Notes: a model not told the origin generated them from the letters alone. A stretch of 64,000 bases of DNA from Microthyrium microscopicum (GCA_010405405.1 MU004241.1:372001-436000), one strand, 5' to 3'; counted from the first letter of the stretch, positions 38,414-50,339 are shown. Numbers and translations are program-made.

Positions 38414-39943
38414 ATGAAGTTCCAGGCAGTCATAGTTATACTGGCTTCAGCACTTGCTGTTAAAGCTCATAAGCATTCTTCTCGAGGTAGAGAAAACAAC
38501 TGGAATATCACTTCCTCACAAAGCAGTGTTACCAAACCCAGCACTTCCAGTGGTCATGATGTTATACCAACCTCACATACTCTTGAAGCCAGCCCCAGTC
38601 AGGTTTATAACAGCACATCATCACTTCCAGAGAATGTTATTTCGACTAGTTCTGCGTCAGAGACGCAACTTTCGTCGATCTTGAGCTCACCCATACAATC
38701 GGGTGTGGTCACATCGTCTCAGACCTTTGCCTCTTCAGCCAATTCATCTGAAACTTCGTCCCAGATAACTTCCAGCAAAACTTCGTCCACTTTGAGCAGT
38801 TCGCAGGCGACTTTAACCAGCTCCGAAGTTTCATCCAGCTCCCTGATGCAGTCGACAACTATCAGCCTTACCTTAACAACATCGAGCCCAGTACCCTCTA
38901 TCTCAGCAAGTTCTTCCCTATCCTCCGCGACATCTTCCTCTACAAGGAGTTCTTCGAGCTATTACTCCACGGTTTCGGCCTCAGTTTCGATCAGCACTAG
39001 CTCGTTGGCTGTTCTTCCAGCGTTTACGACATCTTCAAATGTGTCATCCACGATTTCATACTCATCATACAGCAAACCTGCCACATCATCCTCTTATGAC
39101 GCATCCACGATCTCATTGACATCGTCTCAAACATCGACCTCATCCGTTCAGTTGCTTTCGTCCAGCTCATCAGCCAACTTATCGTCTACTGTTTCCTCCT
39201 CCAGCAAGTCTACCTCAATAGCTTCTTACAACGCAACTACCTCTTTGGTCTCGTTCCCTTCGGCATCAAGCTCAGTCACTGTGTTACCCAATGCTTCTAC
39301 TTCCAATTCATCGTCCTCGACTCCATCATCCACCGAACCGAGCTCGACAGTTTTCTACAAAGCAATCACCTCGTCTGTGCCAGCAATGCAAACCTCAAGC
39401 AGCTTGACTGTTTTACCCACCTCCACCCCCTCCTCAAATTTTTCCATCTCGGCCTTGAGTTCATCTTCTACTACTGCGTCTTATAACGTCACGTCTACTC
39501 AAACAAGCACTAGTAGCGCGTCGTTCAGCCCTGCTTCCACTACTACCTACAGCCAGACAGGGTCTACTGTTCTCTCCTACAACAGCTCAACTGCCTCAAC
39601 AAACAGCTCTTCCATGGCTGTGAGCAGTTCTTCGATAGCCCCTACGACGATCATCTCAACTTTGACGTTGTCCAGCTCCACTACCTCCGCTTCGCCTTCT
39701 TCCAGCAAGTCGGGCAAACCTTCCCACACAGTAAATGGACACCATACAAAGAAGCCTCATCACCATCATATTGCCTCCACTCTGGCGACTCGGACGAAAA
39801 CATGGGCAGCTGAGCCCACCAAGTCTGGCCAAGGCAGCCAGGGCAATAGCATGAAGGGCGATGAAGAATCCGCCACGAAGTTGTTGGAGACACTGTTTAG
39901 CCCAGGTATATGGGACAAGCTGAAGAAAGCTCTTGGACTGTAG
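38414..39943 (+). CDS. Secreted Ser/Thr-rich (mucin-like) protein, 509 aa
   Basis: ATG 38414 starts the signal-peptide-like MKFQAVIVILASALAVKA; long S/T low-complexity body with many NxS/T sites; His-rich patch near the C-terminus; no hydrophobic GPI tail. Confidence 0.85.
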   Translation: MKFQAVIVILASALAVKAHKHSSRGRENNWNITSSQSSVTKPSTSSGHDVIPTSHTLEASPSQVYNSTSSLPENVISTSSASETQLSSILSSPIQSGVVTSSQTFASSANSSETSSQITSSKTSSTLSSSQATLTSSEVSSSSLMQSTTISLTLTTSSPVPSISASSSLSSATSSSTRSSSSYYSTVSASVSISTSSLAVLPAFTTSSNVSSTISYSSYSKPATSSSYDASTISLTSSQTSTSSVQLLSSSSSANLSSTVSSSSKSTSIASYNATTSLVSFPSASSSVTVLPNASTSNSSSSTPSSTEPSSTVFYKAITSSVPAMQTSSSLTVLPTSTPSSNFSISALSSSSTTASYNVTSTQTSTSSASFSPASTTTYSQTGSTVLSYNSSTASTNSSSMAVSSSSIAPTTIISTLTLSSSTTSASPSSSKSGKPSHTVNGHHTKKPHHHHIASTLATRTKTWAAEPTKSGQGSQGNSMKGDEESATKLLETLFSPGIWDKLKKALGL

Positions 39944-40746
39944 AGATATTCCATACCTATTTAGGATCCAGTCACCCTTGATGATATTTCTGGTTTATCA
40001 ATTACCATGTAGAGGTCTTTCAATTTTTACCATGTGCGCGCAAGGAGTCACGACTATGGTCTTCTTATCTTTCTTCCTACTCTGTATCTTATTATCAAGC
40101 TGCCGTAGAGTATCTTGCGAATCCAAGCTCTTGTGGGATACTAAGATTCACCTTCGAAAGAATGTTCCGGGGAACGTTTTTGAAGTTTCGTAAGTAGTAT
40201 CAAGGTCTACCGATCGCAAAAAACTACTATAATATAGTCTTGAGAAAAGATTCGACAGAACTCTGTGTCTGACCAGAACAGCTATCGTGTTGACTACTTG
40301 ATGGTGGCATTTAGAACCAGGAACTGACCTTTGTACTATCAATTTGCCAATTTAAAGCTAGCTCGGTCGAATAGGTTATTAATTGCGAACCGAGAGATCG
40401 TAAAATCTGGGGCAAACCCCAGCAAAGTTGTATATGTGCCAGATGTGATGGATAATTCGCAGATAGATAGTTCTAAGACAGCCTGATTGGTAGGAACTAA
40501 GTTTCTTTTTATATTAAAAGTGAAGCTTAGAGATAGTCTGGCCAATGTGTTGCAGCAGTTCGCGATGAAATGGATATTATCTTGAGCCCTGATATCAATA
40601 TAGCATTACTCAAAAGTGGACTGTAACTACATACTTTGTTTTAACTTCCGTGGATCGATGAATTGCATTCTGAACTTATATAACCTGAGCGGTTGCTATC
40701 TTGGATAGGAGAATCTGCATCAAATTATCTTGTTCTCGCTTTGACC

Positions 40747-42262
40747 ATGAAGACCTCCGTAATTGCCTTTTGGCTCCCTCTGTTGATCGATGGCTCCGTC
40801 ATTCGTCTTGGTAAGTTCAATTTTCCCCCGCGAACTATTCCAACTTTTGCACAAAATGAGTAGTGTTGCTCTCAGATGCTGTGGATACCTGTGTCTGGAC
40901 AGATTCTTTGGTCTATCCAGAGTCGTTTGCGCAATTTGATTCTGCATCGCGATGGAAAAATATGTACACTGATCCCAATACTAACTGCAAATAAGAGCCA
41001 CGCCAGTCAGTGGGGATTCTCGGACAGGGAGGTCCCATGAAGAAAGCTCTAAAGATTGAGCAATTGCCTTCCAAACTGAATGTTACCGACGCCAAGCGCG
41101 TGAGAATTACATATGGACCATATATCATCAAGGGTACCAAGGTGAGTAAACAGATCAGGACAATACGACAGTGACTGCAGAAGTAGGGAAATCTAAGAAT
41201 GCAGACACTGCGATTTGCGTATCAGCCGGGGATTCAGTGCTAACATTGGCTAGACTGCCAAAGGATTAGGAAATGCACGTTCGATGGACTCGGGTGGCAC
41301 GTCCTTTGCCAATGGCGTAGATACCGACTTTCCACGCGACATCACTATCCTAAAAGCATACACGGATGTCCAGAACAAAGCCGGCAAGCGCATGGAGCTC
41401 AAAGATGGGATATACAATCATCATACAGTATTTTTCGACCTCAATAACCGTCATGCATCGCCTTACACTTGTGCCGCTGGAAAGGTAGGATCTAAAATGG
41501 CGACCGTTCCAGTTTTCGCAGCAGGCGCAACAGAAACCACCGTTCAAGTCTACATGGCGTCTTCCGGCGATGTCAAGAGTGGGTATTACTTGAACAAAAC
41601 AGGCTCCATCACCAACATGATTGATCTGGTTAATTACAATACCGAGGATCAGGAAGTTTACACAATGACCGAACTTGAATACGTTCCAGGCAAACCAGCA
41701 GGATATCATGATGCCTACATGACACTCATCGATCCAGGTATTTGTGGCGGCCCAAGTGGTGCTGCAATTCATGCTCCGAAAGGAGTAAACAAGTTCTCCA
41801 TAAACAGCTCGGATATTCTCATGAACGAACCAGGACACTTTGTGTACACTTCAGGACATATGCACGATGGAGGTGTCAATGTAATTCTCAAGGTCAACGA
41901 TGAGATCAAGTGTGACTCCAAGGCATTGTATGGCGGCGAAGGTCATACTACTGTCGTTGATGGAAAGACCTGGCAGACTATTCGTGAGACGACGTCTTGT
42001 AATCAAGCCATCAAGGTCAAGAAGGGAGACCGCATCTATATGCAAGCGAACTACGACGTGGAGCTTCACCCTTCGTAAGTTTACTGACACTGATGAAAGA
42101 CAATGAATGCTAACAGGCAGCAGGCGTGAAATGGGAGGTGGTCATGGTGGTCATGGTGGAATGAAATGGTTGTCAAGTGCTCAGGCTGGTTCGAGCATGA
42201 TGGATGGAGGGGATGCAGAGCAAATGGCTCTATTTGCCGCGTATTTTTCTCCTGATAACTAG
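40747..42262 (+). CDS. Secreted protein with HH / HxH / Met motifs (possible copper type II monooxygenase-like fold), 4 exons
   Basis: Introns 40811-40995, 41142-41253 and 42075-42123 give MKTSVIAFWLPLLIDGSVIRLEPRQ...AKRVRITYGPY...YNHHTVF...GHMHDGG...ANYDVELHP...EQMALF. Confidence 0.75.
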
Positions 42263-42745
42263 TCCTTATTATCATCGAAATGAAAACTTATCGATATGCA
42301 TCCTTGGCAAGATGAAATTGCAGTGACTACTACCATCTTACGAATATGTCGAGACAACACCCCTGTTGCGATATTGAAGTCACTGCCTACTACCAACTAC
42401 AGCGTATATCGCCTTTGTAAGGGCGGAAGTAACCTCAATCCGAGAAATACCAACGCATTGTTCTTTTTTTCTCACAATGAATAGAGCAATCACTAAATTT
42501 TAGCCAACAAGACCAGGCTGAATTGTATAAGGCTGTATGCTTATTAAGCAAGGCTGCATCTCAATCAACATCCCTGCTCATCTCCATGATGCGACAACTT
42601 TTTCTCAACGACCCACCTATTGTTGATCATACATCTCAACAATTCCCAATTTATTTACAGTTCTTTTGACTTGACGTGCTTTTCGACTTGTACACCAGAT
42701 TTCCTCGTGCGATGCAATAACCCTCTTCCAATCAAAACAGCCACA

Positions 42746-43540
42746 ATGACGAGTGGTTCCTCAGGTTCTAACTCGCTTGAACCTCCACCTCTTCCTCCAC
42801 CCGACTTCACACCCATCAGCAACGAAGAATGGGCAAAATCACGCATGCCGCCACTCAAAGGCATAATAGTCGACCCCGAATACCCACCAACTGTAGCCGA
42901 GGCGCGCTCTGCCCTCGCGCATCACGAACGCAGCTTTGACGCGACCACTGACCAGGCGCGCGCCGCAGGCCAGCAACCCTCAGACGCATCCATCGACCCT
43001 TATCGCAAAAGCGGCACCAGTGACATTCTCGGTCGAGCAGCAGCAACGTCCGAGAACGAAAATGCGCTACCTGGAGGAACGCGGCATACCGCTGGCGGAG
43101 ATAAGCTCGCACCCGAAGCTTCAGTTGTAGGGATGCTGAAAAGCATTGGATGGGATGATTTCAAAGGCGTGGTGAACGAGCCATGTTTTCGGCAGGCTTG
43201 GTTGTATGGCCTGCCAGCCGGTGGACTGGTGGGAGGCGCATTGTGGATCTTGGGCAAATCGCGGCGCAAAATATATCAATGGGGGTTTTGGAGTGGCTAT
43301 GGTGTGAGCAATGCGGTTTTCCTGGTGTGTATGAACAGTACACGTACTAGGAAGCGGAATATGGCAGTGGTAAAGGAAACGTGGGAAGAGACGAGACGGG
43401 ACAAGAAGGTGCAATGGGAGAAATACAAAGAGAAGCAACGTACTGATAAGGAGAAGAAAGTGTTAGAAGAGCAAACTAAGACTACTTCGTGGCTATCTTG
43501 GGCGAGCAAAGATGGTAAGCCTAGAGGCAGAGAGGGTTGA
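42746..43540 (+). CDS. cox20: Cytochrome c oxidase assembly factor Cox20-like protein
   Basis: PCFRQAWLYGLPAGGLVGGALWILG, a second hydrophobic segment ending in Cys, and a basic/charged C-terminal helix match the Cox20 pattern. First ATG at 42746. Confidence 0.6.
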   Translation: MTSGSSGSNSLEPPPLPPPDFTPISNEEWAKSRMPPLKGIIVDPEYPPTVAEARSALAHHERSFDATTDQARAAGQQPSDASIDPYRKSGTSDILGRAAATSENENALPGGTRHTAGGDKLAPEASVVGMLKSIGWDDFKGVVNEPCFRQAWLYGLPAGGLVGGALWILGKSRRKIYQWGFWSGYGVSNAVFLVCMNSTRTRKRNMAVVKETWEETRRDKKVQWEKYKEKQRTDKEKKVLEEQTKTTSWLSWASKDGKPRGREG

Positions 43541-44219
43541 TTGTAAGTCTCACATTCAGGATATACCAGCTACTCACGAGTTTGACAAGCCAAGGTGGAT
43601 TGATTACCATCAGGGCTTTTTGATGCTTTGTACTATAGAAGAAAGATGTTACATACAGTTTGCATATCTCCACTGTCACATATAACGAGATTACTTCCCA
43701 TCATTCTCCAACGACTTATTTGAGACCCTTTTCATAGCCAAAGACAAAATGCAGATCAATTGCATTCTCGATGCTCAGCTTTTGGTCGAAAGGATTCTAA
43801 AGCCAGATGCGTCCTTCAATGAGGTGCACCTCAATTATTGGGACAACATCCTCCACTTGCTATCATATAACTTGGTACGGCTCGAAAGAAATGCGACCAG
43901 TGACTTTCATCATGTGTCTACTACCATGGCCTTTCACAGGTCAATTTGAGCTGAAACAGGTCGACCTCGTTCGTAGAGCGGATATGGACACCTTCGAGAG
44001 CGAACTCGCTTTGTTCTGCTACCTATATATTACCAATGTCTTTGTTTACAGAGCTCCCAATCTTTCACTACGAGGCCCTAGGCTCGTCCCGAGAGCCATA
44101 AAACGGTTCCTCCACTTGGTCTTCGTTCATTACTTGCTCCCACAAAACACCCTACATTCCCCACGATCCTAAGCAGTTCACGTTCCAAAAATCAAAGCGT
44201 CAAATCCGGAATTACGACC

Positions 44220-45503
44220 ATGCCACCACTACAGCGCCTTCTCCGTGGTAACCAGTCTGGAGAATTAGAAGTCATGACTGCTCGCCCGCATCTACAGGAG
44301 AGAGCATTGCTTCTCCGCCTTCCAAATGAGATTCTTATCTCAATCCTCGAGTACGCGACTTGTGGTGAGAAAGGACCGCCATTTCCGTGCGAATGTTGCA
44401 ACAAGTGGGACTACTATCCCGGAGCAGCAGATACAGCTTTGGTTTGTCATAAGTTCTGCGATCTCTCCCGCAAGTTGTCTCATCGACACATGAAGATTTC
44501 TTTCCAGCCAAGTGGCTTCAGTGAACGAATCGGCAACGATGCAATATTCGTCTGGCTAGCGACAAGCCCTGATGTCTGGACCGCCTGTCATACTCTCACT
44601 CTTCTCATAATGCCATGGGAGAAAAAGTCTAAAGCAACGATAGGATACCAGGACTACTTTTCTGAAGGCTTAGAGCCATTGAATCGGATGTTTTCTTCGA
44701 TCACATGTTTGAATGTTATATTCGATGGCAAAGGCTCTGCGTCGGACATGGGCTTTCAATTCATCAAGGAGGTCATCAAATGCATGCCCGATCTCCTTCA
44801 TCTGCAGATGTACGACTTGCCTCATAGTGCGTATCGTGGATTAGCCTCTGTCAGTTCCCTTTTGAAGCACGCGAAGGAACTTGAATACTTTGGACTTCAC
44901 AATCAGCAAGCGATCTTTGATTTCACCCTGCTCGAACGCGCGACTCGAACTCAGCAAAGATCGCTCAGGCGCATTGCTGTACGACCCTTTATTGATGAGG
45001 CGCTGGTAGCGCAGGATTTGGAGGTTGTTGCCCATAGACAGCAAGTGTATATTGGCCTGGAGGTTGCTCATCTATACTTGAATCCCGATCCTGTACGGCA
45101 CCCAGATCCAGCGAGAACAGCGGTGCTCTTCGTAGGCCCCAAAACGCACACCGTGATCTTGGATCTGAGGAAATTCACCTTGTTTGATTTCGGGCGGGAA
45201 ATTCTAGATTGGCTATACACATTCGGAGAAACAGTTGAGAAGTATAGATCACAGCTCAAGAAGATCGTGATAGAGTACTCTCCGCCATGCGAGGATACCC
45301 ATCGTGCCGGACTGCATCTGCCTACGTTTGAACACTGGAGCCGGCAGGGTTACAACTATCCATGGAACACTCTGCTTGGCCTCGCCGAGGAATTTGCTGA
45401 GCATGGCATAGTTCTAGAGTACACAGAATCGTCGATTGATGAAGCCGGATACAACTTCATACTGGGTAGGGCATTCCAACATTTGGTCGAGGAAATACAG
45501 TAG
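44220..45503 (+). CDS. F-box domain protein (paralog A)
   Basis: N-terminal LLRLPNEILISILEY...ALVCHKF F-box motif; intronless 427-aa ORF; colinear similarity to 46457-47947. Confidence 0.8.
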   Translation: MPPLQRLLRGNQSGELEVMTARPHLQERALLLRLPNEILISILEYATCGEKGPPFPCECCNKWDYYPGAADTALVCHKFCDLSRKLSHRHMKISFQPSGFSERIGNDAIFVWLATSPDVWTACHTLTLLIMPWEKKSKATIGYQDYFSEGLEPLNRMFSSITCLNVIFDGKGSASDMGFQFIKEVIKCMPDLLHLQMYDLPHSAYRGLASVSSLLKHAKELEYFGLHNQQAIFDFTLLERATRTQQRSLRRIAVRPFIDEALVAQDLEVVAHRQQVYIGLEVAHLYLNPDPVRHPDPARTAVLFVGPKTHTVILDLRKFTLFDFGREILDWLYTFGETVEKYRSQLKKIVIEYSPPCEDTHRAGLHLPTFEHWSRQGYNYPWNTLLGLAEEFAEHGIVLEYTESSIDEAGYNFILGRAFQHLVEEIQ

Positions 45504-46456
45504 ATGAGAACGTTCAGCAAGAACTCATATGAATCCCTTTCGACAGTGTTGGACCATGGATTAGAATCATCCTATCCGCACTGTTACTGAATTTATGTAT
45601 TAGGTACCTAGCTCGAAAGACGGTCAGGTAATAATACACTGACAATATCATCAAATTGTACTTTTTTTGGCATTTCGCGATATCTTTAGTGTAAGGCTAC
45701 CGAAAGCGTAAGTGATTCGTGTCTAAATAGATGACGTATACCATAGGGTGGGAAGGGAAGTAATAGAAATCGTTGTGTGAAGCTTTTATGCAGGAGTTGA
45801 CCCTTGGGCTCCTTCTCAAGATTTAATCTATGAGGCCATCATACCACGATAATGAAACCATAATGAGAAGGAAGAAAATGGTGCCAATATGTCGTAGCGT
45901 TTCGTTCCTTTCTGATGACCATTTCTATTACTCCCCTTACGCGCTATGGGAGCCTAGAATGAAGACCTTGTACCAGTTTATCAGAGCCGAAAAGGTTGCT
46001 CAAGTCGATGAAATTGAAGCAGTGGTTTGACAGCCACTAGGTCCCAGACTTTCGAGGTACCTCGTGGCCTAAAATTGCCGATATGTCTCCCATCAGCACT
46101 ATAGAGTCTTCGAGCGACGTAATACCACCAGGCGATATGAGGTCTCTTGTCTATAGTATTGTTCAAATGTTTGTTTGCAGTGTCTCGACACTGAAATTCG
46201 ACTAGCGGTATACAGGTTTCCGTTAATTTGACCTCTGCATATCGTACCATATATCTCTCCCTAGGCTTGCCAAACCATGGTACAAATCTAAAAGGAATCC
46301 AAACAGTCACATGGAGAGATAAAAAGGCCCACTCGTCCTTCAAAAATCTTAATCGATTCCGTCACCTTTGCATAGTCCACTCCCTCGCCCGACCTAATTT
46401 ACAGCAACACTGGATGTCGAGAAATCCTGTATGATCAACCTTCAACTATTATCACA

Positions 46457-47947
46457 ATGTCTTTCATAATTAGGTCTCTACTATTACAACCACGTCTCGA
46501 AGAGGAGCCAGAGTCCCCAGATCTTGATATATCCGGTCCACTTCCACTACTTCTAGTACGGCAGAAGAGACCTCCCATCCTGGCCCTACCAAACGAACTC
46601 CTCAGCATGATCATAGAATATGCAACCCAGCAAAAGCAAAAGAACATCATCAACTGTTCAGACTGTCCATCAGACCGTTACTATCCCGGCGCAAAAGTAA
46701 CAGCTTTAGTATGCCGACGCTTTCGACCCATATCGCAACGACTATCCCATCGCCATATGAGGATCGATTACTACCCACTTCACAACGACCAGCGCTTGGG
46801 CAACGAACACCTGGTCAAGAAAATGCTATCGACCGCGGACATCTGGGCCTACTGCCACAATCTACACATCGCTATCCACCCGCGGGTCTACGAGTGGGAA
46901 ACCAATGTCATAGCGCACCCGTCAAATATCTCTACCGGACTTGAGGATTTGGACCAACTTTTGGCAAAAGTAAAGTGCCTGATGGTAGAATGGAAGCCAG
47001 ACTCAGCTGGATATCTGGGCTATGCATTTCTCAAAGAGATAATGGATCGGACGCCAAATGTCCTGCATCTAACCACTCAGCGCTTTCCCGTTGACGGACT
47101 GTATGGAGGCCACGACCACTGCAGCACACTACTCTCCGGTCTCCAGCAACTGAAACACGTGGACATGCGAGGGAGTCGATTTGTACATGGAATGTGCTGG
47201 CTAGAACGCATGTTCGTCAACCAGCAAGATTCGATTACACACTTTGCCAGCTCCGTAGTCCGACCTGCCGAATATCAACGCACAACAACCATAGAACAGC
47301 TAGCTCTCCAACCACACGGATTCAACAACCTGCAGAAAATCGTCATAGAGCTCCTCGGGAACAATTTAGTTGAGAATGACGCCGCAAAACTGGCACTGCT
47401 ACTCATTGGACCCAAAACACACACAGTAGTGATAGACCTCAAATTCTTCAGCCTCTTTGCCTTTACGCCAGGCCTAGTAGATTGGATCCAGCAATTTGGT
47501 GCCACAGCCCATCAATATAGACCACAGCTGAGAAGTATTTTCATTCATTATGAGCCCATAGCTCCAGTGGCCATGAGACCTCCTGGCTGGCAAGGCATGC
47601 TGCACCGTATGAATCTAGCATCTAGAGACTTCCCACCTGGATTCCAACTACGCCACTACCGATATCCATGGGACGTGTTGGATGAGATGCGCACGACTTT
47701 CAAGGACGATCTAGATATAGAGCTGGTTTATTCTGAGCGCCCACTGTCAACGCGGGAATTTGAGCTCCTTAGGGGAAGACGAGCTCCACGGACACGGCGA
47801 TTGGATTCGATGTTAGCGTGGGAGCAAGGACAAGATGATCAGGTGTATGACTTTGGGACAGGCTCGTTGTGGTGTTATCTATTTCACGTCGTGGCACTGT
47901 GTTACCTTGTATCAATTGTTTGGAAACTAGTTGCGGGATATTGGTAG
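46457..47947 (+). CDS. F-box domain protein (paralog B) with hydrophobic C-terminal tail
   Basis: ILALPNELLSMIIEY...ALVCRRF F-box motif; shares YYPGA, LSHRHM, GPKTHTV..DL and YPW with paralog A. Confidence 0.8.
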   Translation: MSFIIRSLLLQPRLEEEPESPDLDISGPLPLLLVRQKRPPILALPNELLSMIIEYATQQKQKNIINCSDCPSDRYYPGAKVTALVCRRFRPISQRLSHRHMRIDYYPLHNDQRLGNEHLVKKMLSTADIWAYCHNLHIAIHPRVYEWETNVIAHPSNISTGLEDLDQLLAKVKCLMVEWKPDSAGYLGYAFLKEIMDRTPNVLHLTTQRFPVDGLYGGHDHCSTLLSGLQQLKHVDMRGSRFVHGMCWLERMFVNQQDSITHFASSVVRPAEYQRTTTIEQLALQPHGFNNLQKIVIELLGNNLVENDAAKLALLLIGPKTHTVVIDLKFFSLFAFTPGLVDWIQQFGATAHQYRPQLRSIFIHYEPIAPVAMRPPGWQGMLHRMNLASRDFPPGFQLRHYRYPWDVLDEMRTTFKDDLDIELVYSERPLSTREFELLRGRRAPRTRRLDSMLAWEQGQDDQVYDFGTGSLWCYLFHVVALCYLVSIVWKLVAGYW

Positions 47948-48062
47948 TGGGCTTGGAAAGGAATCTCCCAAGAAAGCAGTAGCCTTCGATTATATCATTC
48001 CATCATCTCATCATGATCAGTATCCAAAAGAAAAGGCTGGAACACAATAATGTTACCGCACG

Positions 48063-49040
48063 CTAAGTAGCAAACCTAACAATCTTCTTTCCCATCTCAT
48101 CCATCCCACCTAAATTCAAGCTTGGGACAGGTCCTAGCTCATCACTATCATATCCTCTGCCCTGCCTTCTCTTTTCTGCCCTCCGTTCCCGTTCTTCTCT
48201 CGCTTCCCTCGTTCGCCAAGCTGTTACTTGCTCCTTCCTCCTCCTGGACCGCGCCAAGGCCATCGCGGGCGTTGGTCGGAAACCTATACCGTTGATGCCG
48301 TATCCGTCGTCTTCTGGGTCGAGCATGAGATGGCCGGTGATCTCAGAGTCTTGCCATGTAAGCGCAGAAATGTCGAACCAATTATCCGCTGTCACTTGAG
48401 ATTCGGGCGTTGGTGGATTTGAGGGAGATTTAGAAGGCGAGCGCCTGGATTTCGGGGGTGGGGACTTTATGCCTCGGGGTGGAGGAAGGCGCTTCTTGGG
48501 CGGTTGGGAGGATGTATGCTGTTGTTGAGTCTGTATTCCGAGACCCTGTTCAGGTGGCTGACTGGATCTTTGCTTTCCATTCTCTCTGGATGCTTCGGGC
48601 GTGTTACGGGATGATGTATGCGCTTTGGGTGTTTTGGCCATTATATTGAGCGGTTCTAGTTCCGAGTCGCTGCTCTCCCCCTTTTCGATTCTGAGTTGTG
48701 AGAGACGCTTGGCTACTGCGGACCTGGGTGATGATGAGCCAGCGATTGTGCCTTCGAAGTGTAACACCTTCTCCAGCATGGGCGAGGTATCCCTTGTTGC
48801 TGGAGGCTCTGTGTCCGCAACGGAGGCTATGGAGGAAGCTGAGTTGTCTCGATATAACGTAGGTGTTACAGGCCGAGGCTGCATGGGCCGGGGAGCCAAA
48901 AGATGTTCTCTTGAACTCGTTTGCTCATTGCCTTGCTCCGTGGAGGCTGGGGGATTGATGGAAGATGTGGATAAGTTGCGCTTGCGCTTGCGGGTTGCTG
49001 GAACCGGTGTAATCGTCGGCTCTGCGGTAGACGAAGCCAT
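48063..49040 (-). CDS. Conserved fungal hypothetical protein (disordered N-terminus, conserved C-terminal motif)
   Basis: 325-aa ORF with NLS-like RKRKR and the motif LTWQDSEITGHL..DP.DDGYGINGIGFRPTPA followed by an R/E-rich helix; divergent from ubp2. Confidence 0.75.
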   Translation of the reverse strand: MASSTAEPTITPVPATRKRKRNLSTSSINPPASTEQGNEQTSSREHLLAPRPMQPRPVTPTLYRDNSASSIASVADTEPPATRDTSPMLEKVLHFEGTIAGSSSPRSAVAKRLSQLRIEKGESSDSELEPLNIMAKTPKAHTSSRNTPEASRENGKQRSSQPPEQGLGIQTQQQHTSSQPPKKRLPPPRGIKSPPPKSRRSPSKSPSNPPTPESQVTADNWFDISALTWQDSEITGHLMLDPEDDGYGINGIGFRPTPAMALARSRRRKEQVTAWRTREAREERERRAEKRRQGRGYDSDELGPVPSLNLGGMDEMGKKIVRFAT

Positions 49041-50339
49041 TTGAAAGCTGAAGCTGGAACGCCGGTTTATATGTTTGCTGAATAGTGGTTGACGAATGTT
49101 TGAAGAACTGTAAAGCTATCCGCTGGATGATAATGGTATCCGGGGGTTATGGTGCCTAGCGGGGCGAAGCCGTTGGTAAGCGCAAGGAGAGTGAGAGTAC
49201 TATTGAGAGTCAAAGTGGCTGATAAGAGTGTCTAGGAGCTTTGGCTGTGTGACTTGATACTGCTCACTTGTTGAACTGAGCAGGCAAGGCATGTGAGGAT
49301 TAATGAGGATTTGGCAGTGAATAGTGATGGATGTGGGGATGTAAACAGAGAGCGGCTCTTGCATTGAAGTTGGGAAAAGAGGGGATCGGCGTGGGGGATG
49401 TCGAGACGAATGTGGGGGAGCTAGATGTACACATGGAAGAGAATGCGTTGCAAATCATATGAAGCTTTCATATCTAGTACACGATAGAGTAAATCAAGGT
49501 GACGAGTTGTTTTCATAGTCGCAAGGCATCAAAAGATGTCCTGACATGTAGGCTGCCCTATATTGAGTCGATAGCCTAGAATTGTCGCATGGCGACTGCC
49601 AGAAGGAAGGATCAGGATGTTACAGGCTGTAGCTTTCAATATAACTGCTCGCTACTCGGTATAGGGCAGTGTATGTATTATCAAATATCAGAGTCTGAAA
49701 CAGGTGCAAGTACACTGTGTATGAGAGCCACGTCTGAACAGAATATCAAAAAGGAAGGAACGATGGATGCAAGAGACGAAGAGGCAAGAGGCAAGAAGGA
49801 ACATGAAGACAAACGGCAAGAGCCGCGGGTGATGGTCAAAAGAAGGCAAGAGCTCCCAAGCCACTCGCGCCTGCCTGCAGCTCCTCCGCTTCTGCTTGGT
49901 TGGACAAGCAAAGCTAGGGCTACCGCAGTGCCGCTCCTGCGCTTCGCAAGCACACTAACCGCTAACCACTAACCACTAAGCAGTCTGCAGGCAGGCGCGT
50001 TTACTACCCTTGGATCATTTGCTTGCTTGCTTGCTTGCATCTTCAACTTCAACATCTCCAAATTACTCTACACCATATCCTTTTCTTCTACCACTCTGCT
50101 TGTATCCCCCCACGAGCTGCGTTAAGTCTCTTACTTCGACTCTTCAAACCATTCTGTGTTTCCATCATTACTCCGTACCACCATCCTAGTTGCCTTGCCT
50201 TGCCTTGCCCCGCAAACTACTATACTCTACTTACAACTTTGCCGCCTTCGTAGGCATACAGCCACTTCTCTCTTCAGCGTTGCTGGTCATAAACGCCTTC
50301 AGAAAATAGCCTCCAACCTCTTCTCTGATCAGCTGCAAT

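Noticed and set aside
40864..40963. Cassette exon within the 185-bp first intron of the secreted protein
   Set aside because: It would leave a 32-bp downstream intron and shift the frame; the single intron gives a clean LEPRQ junction.
41169..41210. Hairpin CAGTGACTGCA/TGCAGACACTG in a 112-bp intron
   Set aside because: Single 10-bp stem with no repeat or other support; could be chance.
45504..45590. Read-through extension after the TAG of F-box paralog A
   Set aside because: Only about 28 open codons with no similarity to paralog B's tail; within chance.
49953..50039. (CCACTAA)-like and (TTGC)n short repeats upstream of ubp2
   Set aside because: Ordinary microsatellite-scale repeats; not telomeric and no evidence of function.
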